Source of the DNA: a virus
Virus record (IMG/VR): IMGVR_UViG_3300020204_000005
Reading direction: 5' to 3' (one strand)
DNA: 64,000 nucleotides
Shown: piece after piece, positions 27,984-38,714 of the stretch
Layout: each line of letters begins with the position of its first letter
Numbering within the stretch: position 1 is the stretch's first letter
Position numbers and translations under genes: made by a program
The notes under the pieces: model-generated
The model's database searches: none
What the model was told of the DNA's origin: nothing
The model's input: only the letters and a program-made list of their open reading frames with translations

Positions 27984-29874
27984 ATGAGGATGCAGGTACT
28001 GTGAGACCTGCAGGTGTTATTGCTAAGGCTCCAATCGCAACTTGTACTTTACCATTTTCAGATTCTTCTTTCGCCATGGCCTTCATTTGTGAAAATTTAG
28101 ACAAAATATCTAAGTTAGGACTTCCATCAGGCATTGCACCTGTAGGAACACCTATTTTTTGTAGTTCTTCTATAGCCCCAATAAAGGCTCTAGATTCGGA
28201 ATAACCATCTAATATTTGAGATGCAAATAGTAAAGGTAATGGTATTTGAATTCCCCATCCTGTACCCGCAATTTTTAACAACCATAAGATTTCATCGATG
28301 ACACTCTTACACCTTCTCCAATCACTAATAAATTGAGCAACAGTTAACAATAACTGTATTAATTTTAAAATCATTGTAATTCTTTTATCACTTTGTTCTC
28401 TGGCAATATCAGTAATTACTTGTTGAATTAAATTTCTAATGTCCCGTTTAATTAATTCAAATAACTCTTTTACGAAAATGGCACCTACTTTAGAAACTAA
28501 ATTGATGACGAATTCCTTGAATAGTTTTGCAAACTCTATGTAGCTTTTTACAAGGTCCACAATTTGATTACCAATCGATTTTAACATTATAAAAATCGGT
28601 AATAAAATTTTAGGTGATAAAAGTGAATACACAATCCCTTGAGCCATTAATTTTACAAAATTAAGGTCTAACGCCGCATCTATATTACCTTCGATGGCTA
28701 ATCCTTGCCATTGAGGGTTATTACTAATTGATTGGGTAATTGCGTCTGCGGCATTAACTAAATCACTATCAGGAACAAATTGTAAATTTTCTAACGAATC
28801 AATAATGGCGTCAGCATCTATAGGAAGTTTTACATTACCACAATCCTGATACTCAACAACCCCATTTTTTAAATTATCAACTCTAAGGTCAATATTTCTT
28901 AAATCTATTTCAGTAAACTCGAAGAAGGAGTCATCAACTCCATCTAATTCAGCAATTTTAGCAATTCCACTAACATCAATTTCTTTTGTATTGTCAAAAC
29001 AAAGACCTAAGATTCTTTGTAATATTAAAGCAAATTTACTAGCGTCGCCCGCTTGGTTAATTCCGATATTCGCTTTAATAGATATCGCCCCCGTTAAAGA
29101 TTCTATGATGTAGGCAATCATAGTTGTGAAATCAACTATTTTTATTGTTTTATAATAATCGGCCAGAAACTCCCCAACTTTGTTAACATTATTAATTCTG
29201 TTATATAATGTTACCTTGAACCAAGGTCCTGTTTGTCCTAAATTATCCTGTTCTACATATTGTATATCAAATAAATCTTGACCTGATTTACCAACATAAT
29301 TTTGTCCGTTATCAATTGAATATGGTTGTCCACTTTGTATTCTTAGATACAATTCTTTGTTCATTGAAAATGGGTAAGTTTGTATTTGAACAGGATTTTT
29401 TTCATACATAACTTTACCAGGAGATTCAACAGGGTCTTTAATTAATAACCCTCCAATATCTACTGAAGGTACTTTAATATATAAAACTTGAGCATCAAAC
29501 GTTTGTTGTTGGTCACACCCAACCGCGGTTAAACACTCCTCTAATAAAATTTCTTGTATCTTGGGTTCGATGTTCTTTAACGTTTTTAGTAATAAGTTTT
29601 TAATATATTTAATAGAATTACTACCTTTACCCCCTGTTAAATTGTTAATATCTAAAAGTTGCTCAAGCTGATTCTTAACTTGTTTTTCAAAACTTTTGGT
29701 TTTTTTCTTTACATCATTTAATGATGAAGTAATATCAGATTTGGTTTTTTCAAACGACTCACCTGCCTTTTTTTTCGCCTTTTTATAATCAGACTTAAGT
29801 TCTGTATACGCCTTAGTCGCAGTGATTTTGTCCTGTGCTTTCTTATAATCAGCATTTAAATCTAATGACGCCAT
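27967..29874 (-). CDS. hypothetical protein (635 aa)
   Basis: Long ORF, no motif recognised. Confidence 0.75.
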   Translation of the reverse strand: MASLDLNADYKKAQDKITATKAYTELKSDYKKAKKKAGESFEKTKSDITSSLNDVKKKTKSFEKQVKNQLEQLLDINNLTGGKGSNSIKYIKNLLLKTLKNIEPKIQEILLEECLTAVGCDQQQTFDAQVLYIKVPSVDIGGLLIKDPVESPGKVMYEKNPVQIQTYPFSMNKELYLRIQSGQPYSIDNGQNYVGKSGQDLFDIQYVEQDNLGQTGPWFKVTLYNRINNVNKVGEFLADYYKTIKIVDFTTMIAYIIESLTGAISIKANIGINQAGDASKFALILQRILGLCFDNTKEIDVSGIAKIAELDGVDDSFFEFTEIDLRNIDLRVDNLKNGVVEYQDCGNVKLPIDADAIIDSLENLQFVPDSDLVNAADAITQSISNNPQWQGLAIEGNIDAALDLNFVKLMAQGIVYSLLSPKILLPIFIMLKSIGNQIVDLVKSYIEFAKLFKEFVINLVSKVGAIFVKELFELIKRDIRNLIQQVITDIAREQSDKRITMILKLIQLLLTVAQFISDWRRCKSVIDEILWLLKIAGTGWGIQIPLPLLFASQILDGYSESRAFIGAIEELQKIGVPTGAMPDGSPNLDILSKFSQMKAMAKEESENGKVQVAIGALAITPAGLTVPASSFGKKM

Positions 29875-29875
29875 T

Positions 29876-30250
29876 TTATTTATTCATTTTATATGTGTCG
29901 TTTGGTTTAGAAATATCTTTCTCTAACAAGTTTTGTATTATATCACCATCGACATCTAAATCGGATATTGAGAACGATTCTTTATTAGAATTACTTTTTT
30001 CCCATATACTTGCTTGTAACTTAGAGAGTGAAAGTTTTTTCTCAACACAATCGTTTATTATTTTTTGTTGTTTTTCAATCACAGGACCAATAAGAGTCAT
30101 GTCTTCAGGTTCCTTCATCATTGACAACATTTTATTCTGAATTCTAATAGCAGTGTTTCTTTGCTCAACTAATTCATTGTATATTTCTTGCATCAATGAA
30201 AGTATAGATTCTTTACTTAAATTAATTTCTTTTTTTTGAGGTCTTCCCAT
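29876..30250 (-). CDS. hypothetical coiled-coil protein
   Basis: ORF track; TATTTAT upstream (30256-30262, minus). Confidence 0.7.
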   Translation of the reverse strand: MGRPQKKEINLSKESILSLMQEIYNELVEQRNTAIRIQNKMLSMMKEPEDMTLIGPVIEKQQKIINDCVEKKLSLSKLQASIWEKSNSNKESFSISDLDVDGDIIQNLLEKDISKPNDTYKMNK

Positions 30251-30278
30251 GTTTAATAAATATTTTTATTTACATTTT

Positions 30279-31028
30279 TTATTTAACCATTTTCTCAACT
30301 AAATCAAGATAAATTATTTTGTATTTTTTCATTGAACTTCTAATCTCTTTTGTTGTTAGATTAGTCATTTCTCTCAGTGAGAGTAAGATTATATTTTTAT
30401 TGAATTTGTTGTTAGACGCACCTACAAAAATGTTTTCGTAATTATCGAAAATTTCGTAAAGTGCGTGACCTAGTTTAATCTCATTTTCATTTAAATTTTC
30501 TTCTTTTAAAAAAGTATCTAACTCGACTAAGAAATTTTGGATTACTTGGGCTGAATCGGGAGTGTCGTTTTCTATACTATACGAAAAATCTTCATTGTTT
30601 TCTAAATCAAAAGAAATGTCTTCATATGAAATTTTACGATTTATCTCTTTTTGGTCTTTTATTATCTGACCCATCAAATAATTCTTACAAATCGTCCCAA
30701 AATATGAGTAAGCCTTCTTTTCTTTAGAAGGTTTAAACTTATCAATTTTAGTCATTAAGAAAGAATGAGTGTCAATATGAATTTCATAAAAATCCATATC
30801 TTTACGGTATAATTTATATCTCCTAATAATAGAAGATATCATCTTATCCAAAGGTTTCCTTAAAAAGTCATTGTATATTTTATTTTTTTCTTCAAATGTC
30901 TCGGCTTGTAAAAATTCAATTACCGCCAACTCTTCACGTACATCAAAATAATTAGACTGTTTAGGTTTTCTACCTTTTCTTTTTAATTCTACATCAGTAT
31001 TTCCCGATATATTTAAAGATTCAGTCAT
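30279..31028 (-). CDS. Phage sigma factor, T4 gp55-like (late transcription)
   Basis: KIDKFKPSKEKKAYSYFGTICKNYL resembles the gp55/sigma region 2 (F..AFAYFT.I..N.F). Confidence 0.55.
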   Translation of the reverse strand: MTESLNISGNTDVELKRKGRKPKQSNYFDVREELAVIEFLQAETFEEKNKIYNDFLRKPLDKMISSIIRRYKLYRKDMDFYEIHIDTHSFLMTKIDKFKPSKEKKAYSYFGTICKNYLMGQIIKDQKEINRKISYEDISFDLENNEDFSYSIENDTPDSAQVIQNFLVELDTFLKEENLNENEIKLGHALYEIFDNYENIFVGASNNKFNKNIILLSLREMTNLTTKEIRSSMKKYKIIYLDLVEKMVK

Positions 31029-31832
31029 TTAAACTTCTTGAGCATCATATTTTATGGCTCTGTCATTGATAAAGAAATATTCTTTTTTGGCCGAATCAAT
31101 CCAAAATCTAACTTCTTCTTCACTAAGTACGTTATCACCATTCTTATAATTCCAGAAAATAGACCCTTCTCTTAAATTTGTGTGTTTATAACCTATCTTA
31201 GGAATTGACATAATTCTTATAGAATTGTGAGTCATCCTTAAAAAGAATTCATACCCAAAAGTTAATTTGAATGATGGTTTTAATAACCCAAAATTTAAAA
31301 AAGAATCCTTTTTAATAACCATTCCTGAAATTTGAAAATTTTGATAAGTTTGTAATGTGTCATTAGTTAACACACCCATTTCAGAACTAATATTTAAAGC
31401 GAATGTTGCCTCATTAGTGAACCCTGCAAATTGACCTTTTTCATCTGTATCAACCACTATTGGTAGAAAAGACTCAACATCAGGGTACGATTCTGAATAT
31501 TTTTTAACATTATTAAACCATATTTTTGAATACTCATCGTCAAATTCAAAAATTGAAATCCATTTTGAGTTAGCATTTCTAACCCCATAATTTACCTGTT
31601 CTGAAAAATTAGGTTCTTTTGTCCATAAAACTTTATTCACTTTTAAATCTGAAAAATCAAAAGAGTCCAAATATTCAACTAATTGAGTTTCATTAGTATG
31701 TACTATAACTAATTCATTTATTTTGGTTTTTTGTATTTTTAATGATTCGATTGCTTTTGTAAAGTATTCGTCAAAACCTCTAGCACCTGAAGATTTGATA
31801 GGTAATATTACTGATACGTCAAATTTTTCCAT
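31029..31832 (-). CDS. Glycosyltransferase, GT2-like (GT-A)
   Basis: VSVILPI, NFSEQVNYGV, FEFDDEY. Confidence 0.75.
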   Translation of the reverse strand: MEKFDVSVILPIKSSGARGFDEYFTKAIESLKIQKTKINELVIVHTNETQLVEYLDSFDFSDLKVNKVLWTKEPNFSEQVNYGVRNANSKWISIFEFDDEYSKIWFNNVKKYSESYPDVESFLPIVVDTDEKGQFAGFTNEATFALNISSEMGVLTNDTLQTYQNFQISGMVIKKDSFLNFGLLKPSFKLTFGYEFFLRMTHNSIRIMSIPKIGYKHTNLREGSIFWNYKNGDNVLSEEEVRFWIDSAKKEYFFINDRAIKYDAQEV

Positions 31833-31853
31833 ATTGTTTTTAATTTTAATTTT

Positions 31854-32915
31854 TTATTCTGCTGGTTGTAATTTAGATAATTGCTCTTCAAACGATATTT
31901 GACGAGATTTAAGATAGTAGTCAAATAATTTTACAGTATTCTTATTGAAATTTTCTTTAATCTGTAATTCCCCGACAGTTTTTTTCATACCATCAAATAG
32001 AGTTTCATTTAAATTATCCTCTAACCAATTTTGTAATACATCTGCAATAAAATCTACAATTTGGTTTTTATTGTTAATCCAAATACCATTATCTTCATTT
32101 AACCAATGAGGTAATAAATTAGGAACTAATCCTAAAACAGGTATACCTGATTTCATAGATTCGAGAGGGAATGTCCCATAGGAACTTGTCTCATCAATCC
32201 AAACAGAAAGGAAACAATCGTTAAGTGAATTTGCAAATTCTTTTTCACTCAATCCTCTCATATCTTTAAATGTAATCCATCTATACTGAGGAAATTTAAT
32301 ATAAAAAGTTTTAATTATATTTGCAGTGTCTCTTGGTTCTCTTGTATGAATAGCAATAATTGGTTTTGGTGGTAATGTTTGATTTTTAAAATTATCAGAA
32401 ATAAAAGGTTCTAACACATCAATAGATAACCCTCTCATTACGTTTGTAATATATTCTTTTTGGAATTCTGAAGTAGTAATACATTTAAAAAATCCTAATT
32501 GGTTCCATGTCTGACCTGGTTGTAAAGTCTCTAACATATGGTCATACGCTTGACAAAGAACTATTTTACCACAAGGTAATTTAGTAATCTGACTCATTAC
32601 AAATCCGTAAAGTTCAGGAATAACAATAAAGTCTTCAGGTGCGACTTGTAGATTCTGACCCTCAATAGGTTGATGAGGTAATCTATCCATATAATCCTGA
32701 CCTAACCAATTAGCAACACCTGCGTAGTCAGACTTTTCATGTAGAATTATTGGGTTGTACCCATTATCTAATAAGGCAATACCCAAGTTATATATGTAGG
32801 ATATAGATGCCTTTGCATTACCCTTAGTATCTTGTACTAATAGATAAATTTTAGATTTTTTGTTTTTTAAGTTCTCAATCGACTTTTCTAATTTTGTAAT
32901 TTGTTCCTGATTCAT
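31854..32915 (-). CDS. Glycosyltransferase, GT4-like (GT-B)
   Basis: ETSSYGTFPLESMKSGIPV matches the E-x7-E GT-B motif. Confidence 0.7.
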   Translation of the reverse strand: MNQEQITKLEKSIENLKNKKSKIYLLVQDTKGNAKASISYIYNLGIALLDNGYNPIILHEKSDYAGVANWLGQDYMDRLPHQPIEGQNLQVAPEDFIVIPELYGFVMSQITKLPCGKIVLCQAYDHMLETLQPGQTWNQLGFFKCITTSEFQKEYITNVMRGLSIDVLEPFISDNFKNQTLPPKPIIAIHTREPRDTANIIKTFYIKFPQYRWITFKDMRGLSEKEFANSLNDCFLSVWIDETSSYGTFPLESMKSGIPVLGLVPNLLPHWLNEDNGIWINNKNQIVDFIADVLQNWLEDNLNETLFDGMKKTVGELQIKENFNKNTVKLFDYYLKSRQISFEEQLSKLQPAE

Positions 32916-32916
32916 A

Positions 32917-33186
32917 TTAATATTTATTTAATAATTTTTTATTTAAAAGACTATTAAAAGCGATTTTAAACGGTATAGATAACTCATTATTTTTAATACC
33001 TAACGTTTCATCGACTTCCTCAATTTCGGTTAATAACACATCTGTTAATAATTTAACCATATCGTATTTAACAACACTAATATGGTTTTCTGCAGAACCC
33101 GAATAATCTTTCCGGGGTTTTGCGTTTGTATACTTCTCAATAGCATCTAAATCAAGATAGTAGTGTTCATTTAAAATTTTTAACAT
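32917..33186 (-). CDS. hypothetical protein
   Basis: ORF track. Confidence 0.65.
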   Translation of the reverse strand: MLKILNEHYYLDLDAIEKYTNAKPRKDYSGSAENHISVVKYDMVKLLTDVLLTEIEEVDETLGIKNNELSIPFKIAFNSLLNKKLLNKY

Positions 33187-33782
33187 TATAAAAACTTTTT
33201 TAGTTCATCTTCCAATTCCTTTATAGTACTAATTGTGTTAGGATGGTCGATATGTTTATTATATTCAGTTTCGAATTTTATTAAAATTTTGTCTGAAGGA
33301 TATTCTAATAATAATGATGGGTTGGATGTAAGTAAAATGTCTATTTGTTCCCACATTGATTTTATTGTATAATTACTATAAAAAAATACTCTTTCTAATT
33401 GACATCCGAATTTTGAAAGGAAGAATAGTGAAGCTGGCTTAGACCTACCGATTTCGTCTGAAACAACTATAAAATCATGGTTATCTCTAAGATTAACATA
33501 CACATCGTTTAAATCATTAAAAGTTGTATATTCAGTAGACTGAGAGTGACCAAAAATCTCCATTGGGAATTCCTCATATAAAAATGAAAATAAATCATCA
33601 GGTTCTTTAAATTTAAAGTGTTCTCCTAAATTTAATGAAGTTACAGGTAGAATCATTTCATATTTAAAGTCTGACTCATCTTCTATCCCTTCTGTTTTTT
33701 GAATTAAGAATTTATCGTAGGTTTGTTCTATTTTACCAATCGTATTTCTTAATACACCATTAATTTCAATCCCTATTCTCAT
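33186..33782 (-). CDS. HAD-fold 5'(3')-deoxyribonucleotidase-like protein, degenerate active site
   Basis: MRIGIEINGVLRNT in place of the usual RIGIDIDGV. Confidence 0.55.
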   Translation of the reverse strand: MRIGIEINGVLRNTIGKIEQTYDKFLIQKTEGIEDESDFKYEMILPVTSLNLGEHFKFKEPDDLFSFLYEEFPMEIFGHSQSTEYTTFNDLNDVYVNLRDNHDFIVVSDEIGRSKPASLFFLSKFGCQLERVFFYSNYTIKSMWEQIDILLTSNPSLLLEYPSDKILIKFETEYNKHIDHPNTISTIKELEDELKKFL

Positions 33783-34506
33783 CTTCGTATTTTTCTAATA
33801 TTTTAGCAATTAAAGGGTTTCGCACATTTTTAGCGTTTCTAAAATCGTAAACCCCGATATCATTAATATTTTGAAATTTCTGTAATGCGTCATATAAACC
33901 TGATTGTTTTTTATCTTTGTATCTATCTGTCTGTTCCAAATCCCCAGAAATAAAGAATTTACTATTAAAACCAATCCTTGTCATTAATAATTTAATTTGG
34001 TTAGGTGTTGCGTTTTGAGCTTCCTCAAAAACTAAGATTGAGTTGTCTATATTCATACCTCTCATGTAAGCGAGTGCAAACACTTCGATAATTTCAGCCT
34101 CTTTTAATTTTTCTCTAGCGTCTTTACCAATAATTTTATTTAATAAGTAATATGAAGGGAAAATATAAGGGTCTAACTTTTCTTCTAAATTTCCTGGTAA
34201 CGAACCAAGTTTTTCTTCCGCTTCTACCGCAGGTCTAACAATTATTAGTTTTTCATATGAGTTATTCGGGTCAATTAATAAATCTACCGCCGCTTTCATT
34301 GCTATATAAGATTTACCAACACCTGCAGGTCCCGAACAAATTGTAATTTGATTTTCTTTTAAAATTTTATAATACTCTTCTTGATTTGGTGATAAAAATT
34401 TATTTTTTTGTTTTTTCTTAACTACCGAATTAATGAATTCTTTTCTTGAGAATGGTTTAACTTCAGAGTCCTCAGACAATGGAGGTTGTTTTTTTCTTTG
34501 AGTCAT
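33766..34506 (-). CDS. phoH: PhoH-like ATPase
   Basis: GPAGVGKSY, IIVRPAVE, LGSLPG, AYMRG, EEAQNAT, GDLEQTD; start moved to MTQRKK (34506). Confidence 0.93.
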   Translation of the reverse strand: MTQRKKQPPLSEDSEVKPFSRKEFINSVVKKKQKNKFLSPNQEEYYKILKENQITICSGPAGVGKSYIAMKAAVDLLIDPNNSYEKLIIVRPAVEAEEKLGSLPGNLEEKLDPYIFPSYYLLNKIIGKDAREKLKEAEIIEVFALAYMRGMNIDNSILVFEEAQNATPNQIKLLMTRIGFNSKFFISGDLEQTDRYKDKKQSGLYDALQKFQNINDIGVYDFRNAKNVRNPLIAKILEKYEDENRD

Positions 34507-34578
34507 ATTTTTAATTATATTTATAAAAATATATTTTATTTTTAACAAATGTGAATACGAAAATTATTTACGTATATA

Positions 34579-36087
34579 TTACATAACAATTATGTGTTTC
34601 TTTATCTTTTCTAAATTATTAATAACAAAAGGTTGTAAGGATTGAAAATAGTCTGTTTGTACTTTTAAAAGGTTGTCACTGTCCTCATTTCTGGTTTGAC
34701 TTTCTAAGTGATACGCAACTAAAGAACCGTCATAATAATTATCAAATCCTAATGTTACACATTTTAAATTCAACTCTACGTCCTCAAAACAACTAATATA
34801 ATTTTCATTAAAATAACCACATTTCTCAAAAACATTTTTACGTATCATCAATAATGCCGCAGTAGAACCCACAACTTTTTTTACATTGGTTGTAAAATTG
34901 TAATACGATTTTAAATTAGAGTGTGTCACTTGGAAAGCTCTTTTTTTATCAATGAATGTGACAATACCATCATGTTGTATTGTGTTATCTTCATAATGAA
35001 GTCTTGCACCAACAGTACCAACCTTTTTATTGTCATTAAAAATTTTTAACATTCCGTATACAACGTTATTTAATAATTTAATATCGTTGTTTGAAAATAA
35101 CAAATATTCATAATCACTTGAAATGTGATTTTTAACTATATCGTTATTTATCTGTGCAAAATTATAATAGTCATACTCGATTAGTTTTATATTACCCATT
35201 GGTAATATATTATTTTTAATCCATTCTTTTTCTTCTTTAGAAGACCCTGTATCACCAATAAAAATATCAAATAAATCACTATTACAGTTTTTATAAAATG
35301 ATTCTACACAATTAAATAAAAGATTAGTTTTACCTTTAGTGACAATAACGATTCCCACTTTACCAATATTCTTGATTGTTTTTTCAGTTATTTCAGGTAT
35401 ATAAACATCATTAGGTTTTAAATCTATTGGTAAATTTTTACCCCACTTTTCTAAAAATTTATCTTTAGACTCAAAAAATTCTTGATTAGGTTGACCTATT
35501 GATTCGTGAGTAATTTCAAATGACGAAGTTACTCCTAGTTTAACGTTATCTAAATAATTTGGGATGCAAAAACCGTGGTCATAAAAATGAAATTTACCAA
35601 AGGATTGGTCAAATAAATGTTTTATTTTTGTTTTATCAAATGAAATAAATAATCCATCAACACTTACAACAGGAATTAAAAAAGGTAATTTGGGTGAATA
35701 CTTACTTAAAAATTTTTTACCTCCTTTTGGATGGTGGTATACTTGACCAACCATTGTCTGTTGCATCCTTTCCCAATAAACACCTGATGAAGGGAAATAA
35801 CAAGTACCTGCTTTTCCAATTATACCGAATTCGGGATTATTAGAAAAATCCTCAAGTAATTTAACGCCCCATCCTTTTTCTAATTTAATATCGTTATGAC
35901 AACAAACAATAATGTCATACTTAGCTTCTTTGATTCCTTGATTGTAAACTTCAGATAGTGAATATTCATTATGATTTACATAAGGTAATACTTGTACCCA
36001 CTGAAGTCCTGATGTTAGTATAAGATGGTCATTAAATTTATCATTATACTCTTTGTCTTTATGTGTTGAATAGATTATTGTTATCAT
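34579..36087 (-). CDS. Two-domain glycosyltransferase (GT-A + GT2)
   Basis: YNQGIKEAKYDIIVCCHNDI; second domain NFAQINN, LFSNNDI, EDVELNLK, HLESQTR. Confidence 0.8.
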   Translation of the reverse strand: MITIIYSTHKDKEYNDKFNDHLILTSGLQWVQVLPYVNHNEYSLSEVYNQGIKEAKYDIIVCCHNDIKLEKGWGVKLLEDFSNNPEFGIIGKAGTCYFPSSGVYWERMQQTMVGQVYHHPKGGKKFLSKYSPKLPFLIPVVSVDGLFISFDKTKIKHLFDQSFGKFHFYDHGFCIPNYLDNVKLGVTSSFEITHESIGQPNQEFFESKDKFLEKWGKNLPIDLKPNDVYIPEITEKTIKNIGKVGIVIVTKGKTNLLFNCVESFYKNCNSDLFDIFIGDTGSSKEEKEWIKNNILPMGNIKLIEYDYYNFAQINNDIVKNHISSDYEYLLFSNNDIKLLNNVVYGMLKIFNDNKKVGTVGARLHYEDNTIQHDGIVTFIDKKRAFQVTHSNLKSYYNFTTNVKKVVGSTAALLMIRKNVFEKCGYFNENYISCFEDVELNLKCVTLGFDNYYDGSLVAYHLESQTRNEDSDNLLKVQTDYFQSLQPFVINNLEKIKKHIIVM

Positions 36088-37405
36088 AAATTTCGTCGAA
36101 TTTATCTTTCATTTCATGAAAGAATGGTGTTATTAAAGTTTGATGTGGAAAATCAATATAGTTATCATCATTAAAAGTTGGTTTTGGTCCATGAAAATGT
36201 AAAATTTTAATGCCATTAAACGGACCCCAATAAGGTTTATAATTAAACCTATAGTTTAATCTTTCAATTGATTCATTATAAAACATTTTGTACGCGTCTT
36301 GGTCGTACACATTAAATTTACTTAAATTTAATTTAATAAATTCAACGAACTCATTATAGGTATCTTTTAAATACCTCCAATTAATCCACATTACGCCGCT
36401 ATTCATATCCCAATGTTTACCAACTTTTGTAAATTCCCCAGCACACATAAATGTATTAGGTTTGTTATCTAAAATGTCAGAAATATCTGACATAAACATA
36501 ACATCATTATCGGTATACAAAACATAATCATCTTTAATATCAAGAGATTCACACACAATTGGTATATCAACTCTTAAAAAGGCTCCATAAGCAATTGTGT
36601 CATCACCGTAGTGTTTTTTTAAATCATCATAAAATGTTATCCTATGGTTTATTACTGTAACACCAAGTTTAGTTAATTCCTCGATATGGGAATCTTCTTC
36701 ACCATCAAGTATTAAGATAGGTGTTAAAAACGGATTTGTTTTTTTTGCGGTTATCACCGCAACTTTATACATCTTTATATAGTTTAAATAACTATTTTGA
36801 TTATGAGTGTTTAATCCAGTAAACCAATAAACATTCTTTGTTTGGTTATCTTTATTAGAAATTAATTTATACCAAGAACCGTCACCATAACTATTATCAG
36901 GTTTACCTAACATTTCGTTGACCGCAACTCTAACACCCGCAATATGTCTATGAACATTAACAAACTCATCAGTTTGATAATCATGACCTGAAATAACTTT
37001 TTTAACCAACGGACTCCAATGAACGATGTCATTTTTAACACATTCATATTTATGACAGGCATCAATATAAACCATATCACATTCTATAGAATAATCTGTA
37101 GTATAACCTTTAATTTTTCTAATATTTCCGTATAAAGAAGCTCTCAAATCAAATTGTTCCTCAACATCAACGTAATCGGCATAACTAGCGGAATCCGCAT
37201 CATCAAATCCACCTTCCCAAGAGTCAATACATATTATAATTCCGTTTGGGAATTCTTGAGCGAAGATTGCACTACTCTCACCCATATAGGAACCTAACTC
37301 AACAATTGTAGGAGATTCCCCTAATATGGGTTTTAAATCTTGACATAATTTTCTTAACTCTAACTCAAAATCATGAGTTCTCATTACAGTCTTCAATTCT
37401 TTCAT
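36059..37405 (-). CDS. Class I SAM methyltransferase (Methyltransf_24-like) fused to a GT8-like glycosyltransferase
   Basis: VELGSYMGES, YIDACHKY, GHDY; then FLRVDIP, LYTDNDVMF, NSGVM, DQD, ILHFHGPKP. Confidence 0.78.
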   Translation of the reverse strand: MKELKTVMRTHDFELELRKLCQDLKPILGESPTIVELGSYMGESSAIFAQEFPNGIIICIDSWEGGFDDADSASYADYVDVEEQFDLRASLYGNIRKIKGYTTDYSIECDMVYIDACHKYECVKNDIVHWSPLVKKVISGHDYQTDEFVNVHRHIAGVRVAVNEMLGKPDNSYGDGSWYKLISNKDNQTKNVYWFTGLNTHNQNSYLNYIKMYKVAVITAKKTNPFLTPILILDGEEDSHIEELTKLGVTVINHRITFYDDLKKHYGDDTIAYGAFLRVDIPIVCESLDIKDDYVLYTDNDVMFMSDISDILDNKPNTFMCAGEFTKVGKHWDMNSGVMWINWRYLKDTYNEFVEFIKLNLSKFNVYDQDAYKMFYNESIERLNYRFNYKPYWGPFNGIKILHFHGPKPTFNDDNYIDFPHQTLITPFFHEMKDKFDEIYDNNNLFNT

Positions 37406-38001
37406 ATTCCTGTAGAACCAAATCCATTCTCCCCTCTATCTTTATTTTTTTGATTTTTATTTTCGGTTAACTCTACCCATTTACCATTTACTACAGGACA
37501 TAAAACCGCTTGAGCAACTTTCATTCCTTTTGGAATCATAACATTATAGTTGTTGGTGTTAAATATAATCACCTGTATCTCTCCTGTATAACCATTATCT
37601 ACAGTACCTGGTGAATTTAATACCATTAAACCTTGTTTTAAAGATAACCCACTTTTAGACCTTACCTGAATTTCATATCCGTCTTTAATGTCTAAAGAAA
37701 TTCCTGTTGGTACCAAAACTCTACCAAATGGAGGGATATCAACGTCAATTACAGAATGTAAATCAAATCCTGAATCGCTTGGATAATTGTATTTTGGCTC
37801 AACGGAATCAGGGTGTAACTTTACAAATCCAAGAGGTAATTTAGGGTTGTAGTTGGATAAATCATCCTCGAGAGATTTCATATCTAACCCAAAGTCATTT
37901 AAAATCATATCATAATCCAACTCACCGTTCCCACTCTCATCAATCATTTTTTGGAGTTTTTTTGCATACTCACTTAAGTCTAAATCATCAAGTCCATTCA
38001 T
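37402..38001 (-). CDS. dut: dUTPase (trimeric) with acidic N-terminal extension
   Basis: SGFDL, KSGL, GTVDNGYTGEI, AQAV, RGENGFGSTG. Confidence 0.95.
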   Translation of the reverse strand: MNGLDDLDLSEYAKKLQKMIDESGNGELDYDMILNDFGLDMKSLEDDLSNYNPKLPLGFVKLHPDSVEPKYNYPSDSGFDLHSVIDVDIPPFGRVLVPTGISLDIKDGYEIQVRSKSGLSLKQGLMVLNSPGTVDNGYTGEIQVIIFNTNNYNVMIPKGMKVAQAVLCPVVNGKWVELTENKNQKNKDRGENGFGSTGI

Positions 38002-38711
38002 TATTGTAAATTTTTTAATTTTTTAATTGTGTCGACTAAAACAACAACATCTTTTTCACAGTATTCTGAGATTGATTTTAAATCTTGTTTTTCCCAATAG
38101 GTTTCATGTACCTTATCACCTGTAACTTCACCATCTTTAGGTGTTGGGATTTCTAAACAACTACACATTAAATCTAATGAACCAATTGAGGAGTACGCTC
38201 CGTATTGCCAAATTTCTTTAGTGTCAATTGCCTTTACTTCCCATGGTTTTGTATCATAAGATGGAAGAATTTTTGACGGCATAATACCATTGATAATCAT
38301 TCTTTTAGCTAACATCGGGATATCAAAATTCTTAAGATTGTGACCACATAAATAAAAATCTAATTTGTGACACCTATCAAGTAAATTTCTAACTTGGATT
38401 AATAATTCTTTTTCGTTATTACCTGAAAAAGTTTGTTTTTTAACATCTCCATTATCCATAACAAACGCCATTGATACACAAACTATTTTTGCAAACTCAG
38501 GTACTAGAGCAGCTCTTCGTTTAAACATAAAATTTTTAGAGTCGATGTCAACCGTAGCATCTTCAGGGAATCTTTTTTGGAACCAATCAAAATACTTTTC
38601 AAATTGACTAGCAATCTCAGGACTAAATTTTTGACAAGAATCATAGTCGGGACAACCCCCGACAGTTTCAATGTCTAAGAATAAAATTTTTGTAATTGGT
38701 ATATTAATCAT
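38001..38711 (-). CDS. PolB-related 3'-5' exonuclease (DEDD)
   Basis: FLDIETV, GHNLKNFDIP, YCEKDV. Confidence 0.85.
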   Translation of the reverse strand: MINIPITKILFLDIETVGGCPDYDSCQKFSPEIASQFEKYFDWFQKRFPEDATVDIDSKNFMFKRRAALVPEFAKIVCVSMAFVMDNGDVKKQTFSGNNEKELLIQVRNLLDRCHKLDFYLCGHNLKNFDIPMLAKRMIINGIMPSKILPSYDTKPWEVKAIDTKEIWQYGAYSSIGSLDLMCSCLEIPTPKDGEVTGDKVHETYWEKQDLKSISEYCEKDVVVLVDTIKKLKNLQ

Positions 38712-38714
38712 AAC

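Noticed and set aside
33766-34506. PhoH as a notable auxiliary gene
   Set aside because: Very common in large aquatic phages; nothing unusual here.
37402-38001. Uracil-substituted DNA or an unusual nucleotide pathway
   Set aside because: An intact dUTPase argues against dU-DNA, and no base-modifying synthase is seen in this window.
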